From the IMG/VR virus record IMGVR_UViG_3300027712_001108, positions 64,001-128,000 of that record: DNA of 64,000 nucleotides; one strand, 5' to 3'. The notes beneath the pieces were generated by a model. The model saw nothing but the letters and a program-made list of their open reading frames with translations, made no database searches and had not been told where the DNA came from. The position numbers and the translations under genes are program-made. Source of the DNA: a virus. This document shows, one piece after another, positions 1 through 7,672 of the stretch. The first letter of the stretch is position 1; each line of letters starts with the position of its first letter.

Positions 1-6
1 GGTATT

Positions 7-531
7 ATGTGGTCTGGAACAAGCAGATGGGAATGCTATCAAGAGCCAAAACCTGTTTTTGATAAAAATACGGATGGCTGGCAACACAACCCAACTGCTG
101 TAGCAGACAACAGCCACGGCGGATGGATCATTGCCAATCACTGGTGGAAACATACGGTGTCTGATACATATTATAAAAACTATTACGATCCGGTGTACAG
201 CCAAATACAAACACTGGAACATGTGCTAAGAACACAATGGTATCTCGAACAACATAACATCAAATACTTTATGTCATCTATGAATGGCAGTGTATTTCCA
301 GATGATCTGTTGCAAAATCCCGAATGTCGTCATTTGACAGAAATGGTAGATTGGAACACATTTTTACCATGTGTCGGAGAGTATGAGTGGTGCAGAGACA
401 ATACTGCATATTCGTTTAAACCCAACGATGATCATCCAACTAGCGAAATGCACGGAGAATTTGTGGACCGTATGATCATGCCATGGCTCAGAGCACAGGG
501 TTATTTAGACAACGCCACTGCCATTTTATAA
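7..531 (+). CDS. Hypothetical protein, 3' part (SGNH-like C-terminal DxHP motif), probably truncated by the window start
   Basis: ORF track; DDHP motif near C-terminus. Confidence 0.55.
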   Translation: MWSGTSRWECYQEPKPVFDKNTDGWQHNPTAVADNSHGGWIIANHWWKHTVSDTYYKNYYDPVYSQIQTLEHVLRTQWYLEQHNIKYFMSSMNGSVFPDDLLQNPECRHLTEMVDWNTFLPCVGEYEWCRDNTAYSFKPNDDHPTSEMHGEFVDRMIMPWLRAQGYLDNATAIL

Positions 532-728
532 GAATCCCAGGCCAATTTGACATTGGGATCTGAATTCCTCAACTGTTGTTCATGTAGTTCAGCTGAGCGA
601 TGGTCTTCTACCCATTTTAACAGATCAGCAAGATAGGGACTTGCAGCGATTCTCAACTCGGTTCCGCCGTATACATCCTGTTGTTGAGTTGTTATATAAA
701 GATCGCCGTATAAATTTTTGATAGACAT
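501..728 (-). CDS. Hypothetical protein
   Basis: 75-aa ORF with GGAG-type SD upstream on the minus strand. Confidence 0.6.
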   Translation of the reverse strand: MSIKNLYGDLYITTQQQDVYGGTELRIAASPYLADLLKWVEDHRSAELHEQQLRNSDPNVKLAWDSYKMAVALSK

Positions 729-784
729 GCTGCATTACTCCTGTTATAGAGTGTACGTACAACGAATACCGCAGTCAACCAACA

Positions 785-791
785 CTAAATA
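785..791 (+). promoter_or_regulatory. T4-like late promoter motif (C/A)TAAATA; other copies near 2076, 2794, 7780, 8334, 22986, 26028, 28513, 33172, 43113, 52853, 58525
   Basis: Recurrent TAAATA shortly upstream of virion-type and HNH starts; resembles T4 TATAAATA. Confidence 0.65.
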
Positions 792-815
792 TCCTGTTAA
801 CACAAAGTAAACGCG

Positions 816-1871
816 ATGCGATATTATGAAATAGCAAACACTGCTAGTCTTGAAATGCTAGACGAAGGGTGGATTTCCAAAGCTGCAAAGTGGGCGGCTG
901 CGGGTGCAACAGCCGCAGCATTGGGATATGTAGCAGGTGACATTACCAAACAGCCAGGCCGTGATATACAGCAAACACCTGATAGTATCGCACAGCAAAT
1001 GGATTATGCAAATAATACAGCATTGGACGAACCTGCAGGACCGTCTAGCTTGGCACCTACTACATCGCCTCGTCCTAAGGCAAGACCCGCTGATTTAACA
1101 GGCAACTCTACGCAAGGTAATACAGTAGATGTACAAACGCCAGGTCCTGACACAGTTAGACCAAAATTGAGACCCGACGATACAATAGATGTACAAACGC
1201 CAGGACCAGATACTGTCAGGCCACGGCCACGTCCAGATACTGACCTAAGTAAAATTCCGCCACCCACAATGCCACAGGACGTACTGGTTTCTAGATTGGC
1301 AACCGCAGATGCCAATGTAAAAGTAAACAACATCAGCAATAATAAAGACATAGAAAACATGTTGATAACAACTGCAACTTCTGCAGGTATAGTAGATACT
1401 GAGTTACAGGCATTTTTGGCACAGGCATATCATGAAAGCCGTAATTTTACATCAACTGTAGAGCAACGGTACGGCAAAGGCAAAAACTATTTTAAACGTG
1501 CATATGACATACGATATAACCCTGTTGCAGCAACGAGACTGGGAAATATAAAACCAGGCGACGGTGAAAAATTCAAAGGTCGTGGGTATCTGCAAATTAC
1601 GGGACGTTTTAATTATTCAAAAGCAGCCAAGGCTCTGGGGTTGCCACTGTTAGAACAACCAGAACTGTTGGAAGATCCAAAAATAGCTGCCGCAGTATCG
1701 GTATGGTTTTGGAAATGGCGAGTGCGAGCTCGCAGTTCAGGCGACTGGAACAATGTGCAAGAAATCACCAACATTGTTAATGGAGGCGACACCGCAGTCG
1801 ATGACCGAGGCGAACTGTTTGATGCGTATGGACATCTAAGATCGTTAAAACGCGAAACAAGACCTGATTGA
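816..1871 (+). CDS. GH19 (chitinase/lysozyme-like) hydrolase with N-terminal leader and Pro-rich linker
   Basis: AFLAQAYHES, FKGRGYLQITGRFNY and ITNIVNGG motifs. Confidence 0.85.
   Translation: MRYYEIANTASLEMLDEGWISKAAKWAAAGATAAALGYVAGDITKQPGRDIQQTPDSIAQQMDYANNTALDEPAGPSSLAPTTSPRPKARPADLTGNSTQGNTVDVQTPGPDTVRPKLRPDDTIDVQTPGPDTVRPRPRPDTDLSKIPPPTMPQDVLVSRLATADANVKVNNISNNKDIENMLITTATSAGIVDTELQAFLAQAYHESRNFTSTVEQRYGKGKNYFKRAYDIRYNPVAATRLGNIKPGDGEKFKGRGYLQITGRFNYSKAAKALGLPLLEQPELLEDPKIAAAVSVWFWKWRVRARSSGDWNNVQEITNIVNGGDTAVDDRGELFDAYGHLRSLKRETRPD
1121..1240 (+). repeat. 60-nt tandem duplication (DVQTPGPDTVRP x2) in the GH19 linker
   Basis: TAGATGTACAAACGCCAGG repeated with period 60. Confidence 0.85.
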
Positions 1872-1920
1872 CAACGCTGCATCTTATCGCTATATTACTA
1901 ATGTAGACGAAAAAGAATAC

Positions 1921-1997
1921 GGGGGGTTAGCTCAATTGGTTAGAGCGCCGGACTCATAATCCGTAGGTTGCCAGTTCAAGTCTGGCACTCCCTACCA
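1921..1997 (+). tRNA. tRNA with CAT anticodon, Ile2-like
   Basis: Cloverleaf, loop CTCATAA, CCA. Confidence 0.85.
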
Positions 1998-2002
1998 AAC
2001 TT

Positions 2003-2077
2003 GCGTGTATGGTCCAGATGGATGGGCACGGGACTCTAAATCCTAGGAGGCAGGCTCAATACCTGTTATACGCACCA
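2003..2077 (+). tRNA. Amber suppressor tRNA (anticodon CTA)
   Basis: Acceptor GCGTGTA/TATACGC-A-CCA; anticodon arm CGGGA-CTCTAAA-TCCTA; atypical T-loop CTCAATA. Confidence 0.8.
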
Positions 2078-2110
2078 TAAATAATTCAGTGTTTAAGGAG
2101 AAATAACACC

Positions 2111-2719
2111 ATGTCGTAGATTGAAATTGCCTGTACCGAGTTAGTATTCCACTTTAATAAAAAACACTTAGAAGATCCCACTATTCCAATGTGGGTTGTT
2201 AAGACCAAAGGTGAGACGTATTACGTCCATCATGTCAGCAGTGACATGCCATGGTCTACAAAAGAAACTCCCAACAATAACAGTACCAAAGGCAGCATTA
2301 AGTTTAAACGGTGTCATCTTGTTATTGATGACAACAATGACGCTACTATCAAGCCGTTGACAATGAGCGATGCTATACGTCTCAAAAAGACAGAGCCCAA
2401 GAAAATACGACTGATTATGGATTATCGCAAACAGATAGACGAATTTGTTGAATACTGCGATGAACAAGAGATTTGGCATGATGGGGTTCACATACTGCCG
2501 GGTAGCTGTGGTTCGAGATTCTATGCAACCGATATCAAAGAAGATGACCTGCTGCTTACTCGCATGCGGTTCCCACCTAAGATGTTCCGTGAACTGATGC
2601 CCAATGAATATCTATATGCGTACTACGATAAAGTAGGACCTGATGTAGAACCACCAGATTACGACGACGATTACTACGATGACGACGAAGACGAAGATGA
2701 CGATGAGGACGCAGCCTAA
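2111..2719 (+). CDS. Hypothetical protein with in-frame TAG at codon 3 and acidic C-tail (amber readthrough candidate)
   Basis: AAGGAG SD then ATG TCG TAG ATT GAA..., in frame with ORF 2189..2719. Confidence 0.7.
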
Positions 2720-2771
2720 ATCGTCAAAACTGTGTCAACCAAAGAAAAATAACGTTTTTTCACGTATTTGG

Positions 2772-2801
2772 TTGACACTTTTATAATTGGCTGTATAAAT
2801 A
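2772..2801 (+). promoter_or_regulatory. Overlapping sigma70-like (TTGACA) and late (TATAAATA) promoter
   Basis: TTGACA 2772-2777, TATAAATA 2794-2801. Confidence 0.65.
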
Positions 2802-2848
2802 GATATGTTGTAAGCAAAAATGGTTTTGCACAACAAACAAGGTTACAA

Positions 2849-2989
2849 ATGCAACTCACGCTTTCCATCAATACTTTTACACAGCACGGCTATCAAGCCA
2901 AGCCGTCAACATGGCTAGTTGCTGTTGATAGTATGAATTGTGAAGATCGCGCAATTGTATCAACAGACGGGGTGTCAAGGGAAACCTAG
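2849..2989 (+). CDS. Putative attenuator leader peptide (46 aa, all 20 amino acids, ends in TAG)
   Basis: ATG after AAGG; its 3' codons contain the antiterminator strand. Confidence 0.6.
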   Translation: MQLTLSINTFTQHGYQAKPSTWLVAVDSMNCEDRAIVSTDGVSRET

Positions 2990-3020
2990 CAGCGTAAGCA
3001 GCAAAGTTATACCAAAGCAC

Positions 3021-3050
3021 CCCGGGAATCGAAAGATTCCTGGGTTTTTT
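3021..3050 (+). terminator. Intrinsic terminator of putative attenuator
   Basis: CCCGGGAATC-GAAA-GATTCCTGGG followed by T6. Confidence 0.85.
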
Positions 3051-3095
3051 ATTAGGCAACAGGCATTGCCCAAACAGTGTCGCAGATGTTGCTAG

Positions 3096-3290
3096 TGTGG
3101 GATATGAGGGAACGTGGCCCTCACCGGACGCACTTAAAATGTTCTGGTAAACGGGCGGCCTTGGTGATGGAACTCCTTGTGTGGAGCGAAAAACCCAAGT
3201 TGATAGACGAGCACATCAGCCATCTAAAGTTAGAGATGGTGTAGTTGATGTGCTTCTCTATACACAGTAGGGCGAGCCTACTGTGGATGA
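3096..3290 (+). ncRNA. Unclassified structured RNA downstream of the attenuator
   Basis: Hairpins GAGGG/CCCTC, ACCGGAC/GTTCTGGT, GAGCACATCAGC/GTTGATGTGCTT; no credible ORF. Confidence 0.45.
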
Positions 3291-3356
3291 TTAATTGACA
3301 TATTGCCCAGGGTCCTGTAATAAATATCAAACACGAATTTGCAACAGGGATGTATT

Positions 3357-3584
3357 ATGGAAGATATTGGCAGACTTAGGAAGCTAAGCGGATTGAACGA
3401 AAGTGTGTATGCCGATGAAGCCATGCAGCATATAGAAAAGCTGATACATAAAATCAAACGTATACCCGACGATTTTATATATTTTGCAGCAAATTTGGAT
3501 CAATCCCAAGACCAAACTCACATACTTGAATTAGTAGCTAGAAGCCTAGAAAATGCTGCTGCTAAAATAAGAAATAATTCGTAA
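3357..3584 (+). CDS. Hypothetical late protein
   Basis: ORF after ATAAATA; RLRKLSGL motif. Confidence 0.55.
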   Translation: MEDIGRLRKLSGLNESVYADEAMQHIEKLIHKIKRIPDDFIYFAANLDQSQDQTHILELVARSLENAAAKIRNNS

Positions 3585-3612
3585 TCAGTATGATACCGTG
3601 GTATTATACTAT

Positions 3613-4200
3613 ATGATAGACAGATACATACCCAAGTTTCTAGACATACTGTATGATCCCACTGTGCTACAAGCAGTGCGGTTAGAAGAAATCAGAGATG
3701 CATTTCACTCTAACCAAATAATCAGTAAGAATTGTGCTATTGCTGCATTTGACAGTTTGCCTACAGCAGACAGAAATGTGTTGTACATTGGCTCATGGAT
3801 TGGATTTTTGACGCACTATATCTGCGACAACTATCCTCACTGCACAGTAACAGAACTAGACATTGATGTAAGATGTAAACTCATTAGCCAACGGTTTAAT
3901 GAACGGTTTACAAACTATATCAACAGTTATACAAGTGATGTAGAGTGTTTTGGTTACCTCAATAACTATGACACTGTAATCAATCTAAGCTGTGAACATA
4001 TTAGCAGCAACTGGATTGACAAACTACAAAAAGGCACTACATTAGTGCTACAAACGAATAACTTCAAAATTCCAGAACATGTTAACACTTGTGAAACACT
4101 GGATGAAATGCGCGAAAAATATCAGTTGAGTGAAACATACTATGCGGAAGCAACTGTGTTAAATGCGTATACAAGATTTACACTGGCTGGCAAACGCTAA
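3613..4200 (+). CDS. Class I SAM-dependent methyltransferase-like protein
   Basis: VLYIGSWIG, ELDID and VINLSCEH motifs. Confidence 0.65.
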   Translation: MIDRYIPKFLDILYDPTVLQAVRLEEIRDAFHSNQIISKNCAIAAFDSLPTADRNVLYIGSWIGFLTHYICDNYPHCTVTELDIDVRCKLISQRFNERFTNYINSYTSDVECFGYLNNYDTVINLSCEHISSNWIDKLQKGTTLVLQTNNFKIPEHVNTCETLDEMREKYQLSETYYAEATVLNAYTRFTLAGKR

Positions 4201-4215
4201 TCAGTGATATTAATT

Positions 4216-4289
4216 GGCCGGGTGGCGGAATGGCTACGCAGTGGATTGCAAATCCATGTACGGGGGTTCGATTCCCTCCTCGGCCTCCA
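4216..4289 (+). tRNA. tRNA-Cys(GCA)
   Basis: Cloverleaf, loop TTGCAAA, U73, CCA. Confidence 0.95.
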
Positions 4290-4450
4290 ATGTACAGTAG
4301 TTGTAGAGTTAAGCAGCGCACCCTACGTCTTTGGGATAGCGGGCGATGGGCACGACTACTGTGCGCTAAACACTGTGTCAAAAAAAGGCATTGACGCGAT
4401 ATTAACAAGGTGCTAAGTTACTTGAGTAGACAAAAACGAAACGGTTTACA

Positions 4451-4462
4451 TGCTCTTTGAAA
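4451..4462 (+). promoter_or_regulatory. boxA-like antitermination element downstream of a TTGACG promoter (~4392)
   Basis: TGCTCTTTGAAA; same 21-nt leader as at 27282-27302. Confidence 0.6.
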
Positions 4463-4485
4463 CTGTTAGAGAATACAGATGAAAT

Positions 4486-4605
4486 AATTCTGTTTTCACA
4501 TGCACACAACGGCGTAGGCCACGCCAATGTATGGGATAACAGCTCAGCTAGTGATATAGCAGAGTTAGCGGTTCGAGTCCGCATAGTGTGCAGTTGTAAA
4601 CAGAA
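4486..4605 (+). ncRNA. Y-RNA-like RNA 1 (bulged terminal helix, internal T-arm)
   Basis: TTCTGTTTTCACATGCACAC pairs with GTGTGCAGTTGTAAACAGAA; GCGG-TTCGAGT-CCGC. Confidence 0.55.
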
Positions 4606-4607
4606 AC

Positions 4608-4714
4608 AATTCTGTTTTCACATGTTATATAGGACGGTGGTTCGAATCCATCCTTGGGGTACGCCCCGAGTAGCTGTAGTGGTTAGAGCAAGTATAACAG
4701 TTGAAAACAGAATT
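4608..4714 (+). ncRNA. Circularly permuted tRNA mimic (YrlA-like)
   Basis: T-arm, then acceptor stem closed by TACG loop, then D-arm, all on a long terminal helix. Confidence 0.7.
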
Positions 4715-4889
4715 AGCGATTGTTGCTAGTCAGTTCCAACAACATCAAATGGTTGGACCTTGTAGATATAAGGTTACTGATAGCTAACAAAAAGTTAACT
4801 ATGATTATACACGGTAATAAAGTGTTCCATATCTTTTTTAACATCGTGTATTTATAAGGTCTGATATAGCATATCGCTATAAAAAGTTT

Positions 4890-4966
4890 TGCGGGGTAGA
4901 GCAGTCTGGTAGCTCGCTTGGCTCATAACCAAGAGGTCAGTGGTTCAAATCCACTCCCCGCAACCA
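4890..4966 (+). tRNA. tRNA-Met(CAT), initiator-like
   Basis: GCGGGGTAGAGCAGTCTGGTAGCTCG, loop CTCATAA, CCA. Confidence 0.9.
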
Positions 4967-5073
4967 AGCTAAACTAGCGCAGGTGGACAACACCGTAAGT
5001 CGCAAGCTACACGGTACTGCTTACTCGTAGCAGCTAAGTCGGCCTGTTGAGGTTAGAGCCAAACACACAACGT

Positions 5074-5151
5074 TCCTTCTAAGCTATCCAGGTGATGGTG
5101 CTCGGCTGTTAACCGAGAATAAGGCTGGTTCGAGTCCAGCAGAAGGAGCCA
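5074..5151 (+). tRNA. tRNA-Asn(GTT)
   Basis: Cloverleaf, loop CTGTTAA, G73, CCA. Confidence 0.85.
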
Positions 5152-5333
5152 AATACAAACGGTACTTGCTTGAGGCCAAGTGGCTAAGTCCCAGTGGAGC
5201 AAGTTAAATCGCCTGTAAGGGTAGAGCCAACCACATAGTGCTATACATTCTGCGGTGTGTATGGCAGGGTAGGTGACGCAACGCTTTATAAAATATAACA
5301 ATATTCACAGCGGTGTCCCTACCTACAATATAC

Positions 5334-5423
5334 GGAACGGTGGCCGAGAGGCTTAAGGCAAGCGGTTGCTAACTGCTCGAGGGTGAGAGCCCTCCGTGGG
5401 TTCGAATCCCACCCGTTCCGCCA
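5334..5423 (+). tRNA. tRNA-Ser(GCT)
   Basis: Long variable arm, loop TTGCTAA. Confidence 0.95.
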
Positions 5424-5431
5424 AATAACAT

Positions 5432-5532
5432 GGGGTCGCACCGGCGCTGAAATCGCCTTACAGTAAGGGCAATGCCGGGAATGGAAATAGCGGCGATTGA
5501 TTGGACATTCGATAAGGTCCTCGACTCCACCA
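5432..5532 (+). ncRNA. tRNA-Ala/tmRNA-like acceptor RNA with non-canonical body
   Basis: GGGGTCG/CGACTCC-A-CCA with G3.U70. Confidence 0.6.
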
Positions 5533-5585
5533 AATTATGCTATATGGGCATGTGCCCAATAGGCGTAAGGCAAGCGGTTGCCAAC

Positions 5586-5770
5586 TAATTGATCGGTATG
5601 CTGGAAATGGTATACAGGGGTGCGGGCTAAGCCAACAAGGATAGGGTGTGTAATGCTAATAAGCACCTTTGCGCTCGTTGATGTTTAACATCCGATGGTG
5701 AAACCTACCTGTACTGGACAGCGCAACGTAACAGTACAATATGGGTTCGATCCCCATTGCTGATCAATTA
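5586..5770 (+). ncRNA. tRNA-like RNA with ~120-nt insert in place of the anticodon arm, no CCA
   Basis: 13-bp closing helix, D-arm CTG-GAAATGGTATA-CAG, T-arm ATGGG-TTCGATC-CCCAT. Confidence 0.6.
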
Positions 5771-5778
5771 AACTAATT

Positions 5779-5862
5779 GGGCATCAGGTCACAAGGTGTG
5801 ACAAGGGACTGTAACTCCCTCGGGGAAACCCACGCCAGGTTCGATTCCTGGGATGCCCACCA
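5779..5862 (+). tRNA. tRNA-Tyr(GTA)
   Basis: Loop CTGTAAC, long variable arm, CCA. Confidence 0.9.
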
Positions 5863-5951
5863 TTACTTTGATGATACACTTTGAGTAGCAGGACAACATG
5901 TTTCGGACTGCGGGTTCAGGCGAGGTGGAAAGTGTATCTTCCAAGTAATAT

Positions 5952-6030
5952 GGGGTTGTAGCTTAATACGACAAAAGCGGCCTGGATTGGGGCGAGATGC
6001 GGGTATGCGTTAGTCCCGTTGACTCCACCA
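5952..6030 (+). ncRNA. Aberrant tRNA-Ala-like RNA
   Basis: GGGGTTG/TGACTCC-A-CCA, G3.U70, enlarged T-loop, no standard anticodon loop. Confidence 0.55.
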
Positions 6031-6041
6031 AAATCTATTTA

Positions 6042-6118
6042 CGTCCAGTAGCTCAGTTGGTCAGAGCACACCCCTGATAAGGGTGGGGTCGATGATTCGA
6101 ATTCATCCTGGACGACCA
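6042..6118 (+). tRNA. tRNA-Ile(GAT)
   Basis: Cloverleaf, loop CTGATAA. Confidence 0.95.
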
Positions 6119-6136
6119 AACAATGAAATGCAATAC

Positions 6137-6210
6137 GGCCCCATAGATTATGGATAGATCGCTGCCCTTTCAAGGCGGAGAAACGGGTTTGAGTCCCGTT
6201 GGGGCTGCCA
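6137..6210 (+). tRNA. tRNA-Glu(TTC)
   Basis: Cloverleaf, loop CTTTCAA. Confidence 0.9.
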
Positions 6211-6221
6211 AATTATAACAA

Positions 6222-6374
6222 TGCGTGTGATGGCGAAATGGTAGACGCAGCGGCAGGTGAGGCCGTGGGGCTCTGCTGATAAACATTGAGCGAATGGTAG
6301 TAGGTGCGCAACGAATCCGCTAGCAATAATATGTGTAAGGTATCCCACTGTAGGTTCGAGTCCTGCTCACAGCA
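6222..6374 (+). ncRNA. Leu-type tRNA-like RNA with ~90-100-nt central insert
   Basis: D-arm TGGCGAAATGGTAGACGC, T-arm GTAGG-TTCGAGT-CCTGC, acceptor TGTGA/TCACA. Confidence 0.6.
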
Positions 6375-6383
6375 CTAAAATAT

Positions 6384-6458
6384 GCAGCCTTAGCTCAGTG
6401 GTAGAGCAACACCTCGACACGGTGAAGGCCAAAGGTTCAAATCCTTTAGGCTGCACCA
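6384..6458 (+). tRNA. tRNA-Val(GAC)
   Basis: Cloverleaf, loop TCGACAC. Confidence 0.9.
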
Positions 6459-6484
6459 TATTAATATAATGTACACTACAAATT

Positions 6485-6561
6485 GGCCTGTTAGTCGAGT
6501 GGTTTAAGACGCTTGCCTGTCACGCAAGAGAGCACGGGTTCGATCCCCGTACAGGTCGCCA
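6485..6561 (+). tRNA. tRNA-Asp(GTC)
   Basis: Cloverleaf, loop CTGTCAC. Confidence 0.95.
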
Positions 6562-6565
6562 AATT

Positions 6566-7609
6566 TTATGCAAACTGGTATAAATCTGCAAATGCTGTAT
6601 GTTTGTGTACGTCCCATATATTGTAGTAAAATTGTAAGCTGATATCCGTCCAACATATATTTGTTAATTCTGGTTTTCCTATGCCAGTTTTAACGATATC
6701 TAACATTCGTGCATAGTTTCTTAACGCTTTAGGACGTACTAACATATAAAGATCTTGTAAGTTTTCGCCTTCTAACTTTTTCATCTGCTCCATTACTGCA
6801 ACACATCGCTGTTTCCAATCCAGTATTGAATCGAATCTATAATCAAATACTTCATCATATAATTCTATACCAAGTGTTTGTAAGAATTTGTAATATCCAG
6901 ATGTTGCGAATGTTAAAAATGGTCGCTGATGGTAAATGGCCATCCAGGTTTTTTCAGTAACCATTATCTCATCGGTAACAGTTTCTGATATAAAACTAAA
7001 AAGACTATCAGAAAATTGTGGTGGCGGCGTTTGATTTAACGACATGTTTGCATCATTGGCAATATTAGTATTTTGCCATGCCGCTTCCAATACCAACCTG
7101 TCCGGCATCCAATATTTAAAATTGTACGGCCTATTGTTAGCTTCTGCTTCCAGCAGTGTCATGTTCCAAGACACATAGTTGTTGTCGATCATATTGAAGT
7201 ACGACATGTGATCTATAAACATACATCTGTTATGTCGGGGTTTACTGTTTAGAGATGTAAACAGTTTGTTTATAGGTAACTGATGTCCTAGCGGGGCGAT
7301 ATTGTTATCAATCGAGTGCTGTATGACAGATGATGCAAAAAACATAGTCCATGGTTTAACGCAATCTAAATCAGCAAACCTTGCATCGTGGTAATGTAAT
7401 GGAGAACATCCTGTAACTGAAAGGGATATATTGTTACCTGTGCAATAATTGTGCAAAGATACAGTATCATCATAACCCCACAAAAACTCAGGATACGGAT
7501 CATATGGTGTGAATACTACTACAGTATCTAAATTCGCAGTGTTGACAATTTTGTTGTACAAGTCGGCGTTTGTTAGACCGTAGCCATTAACTATCAATAA
7601 TGTTGACAT
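6566..7609 (-). CDS. Hypothetical protein (glycosyltransferase-like phage family)
   Basis: Start MSTLLIV chosen to avoid tRNA-Gln overlap; ISET..VTEKTW..RPF..YDEVFDY motifs. Confidence 0.65.
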   Translation of the reverse strand: MSTLLIVNGYGLTNADLYNKIVNTANLDTVVVFTPYDPYPEFLWGYDDTVSLHNYCTGNNISLSVTGCSPLHYHDARFADLDCVKPWTMFFASSVIQHSIDNNIAPLGHQLPINKLFTSLNSKPRHNRCMFIDHMSYFNMIDNNYVSWNMTLLEAEANNRPYNFKYWMPDRLVLEAAWQNTNIANDANMSLNQTPPPQFSDSLFSFISETVTDEIMVTEKTWMAIYHQRPFLTFATSGYYKFLQTLGIELYDEVFDYRFDSILDWKQRCVAVMEQMKKLEGENLQDLYMLVRPKALRNYARMLDIVKTGIGKPELTNICWTDISLQFYYNIWDVHKHTAFADLYQFA

Positions 7610-7672
7610 GATATACCTAATCGTGTATGTATTAGTATACGCATAAAACGACAAACACATAATAAGAATTAT

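Noticed and set aside
2003-2077. Pyrrolysine system
   Set aside because: The anticodon arm resembles tRNA-Pyl, but the acceptor/D-arm do not clearly match and no pylS/B/C/D genes are in the window.
4486-4624. CRISPR array from the 17-nt direct repeat
   Set aside because: Only two copies, each paired with a downstream complement; no spacer periodicity or cas genes.
5432-5532. Complete tmRNA gene
   Set aside because: Only ~100 nt, with no tag reading frame or pseudoknot region; kept as an alanine-acceptor mimic.
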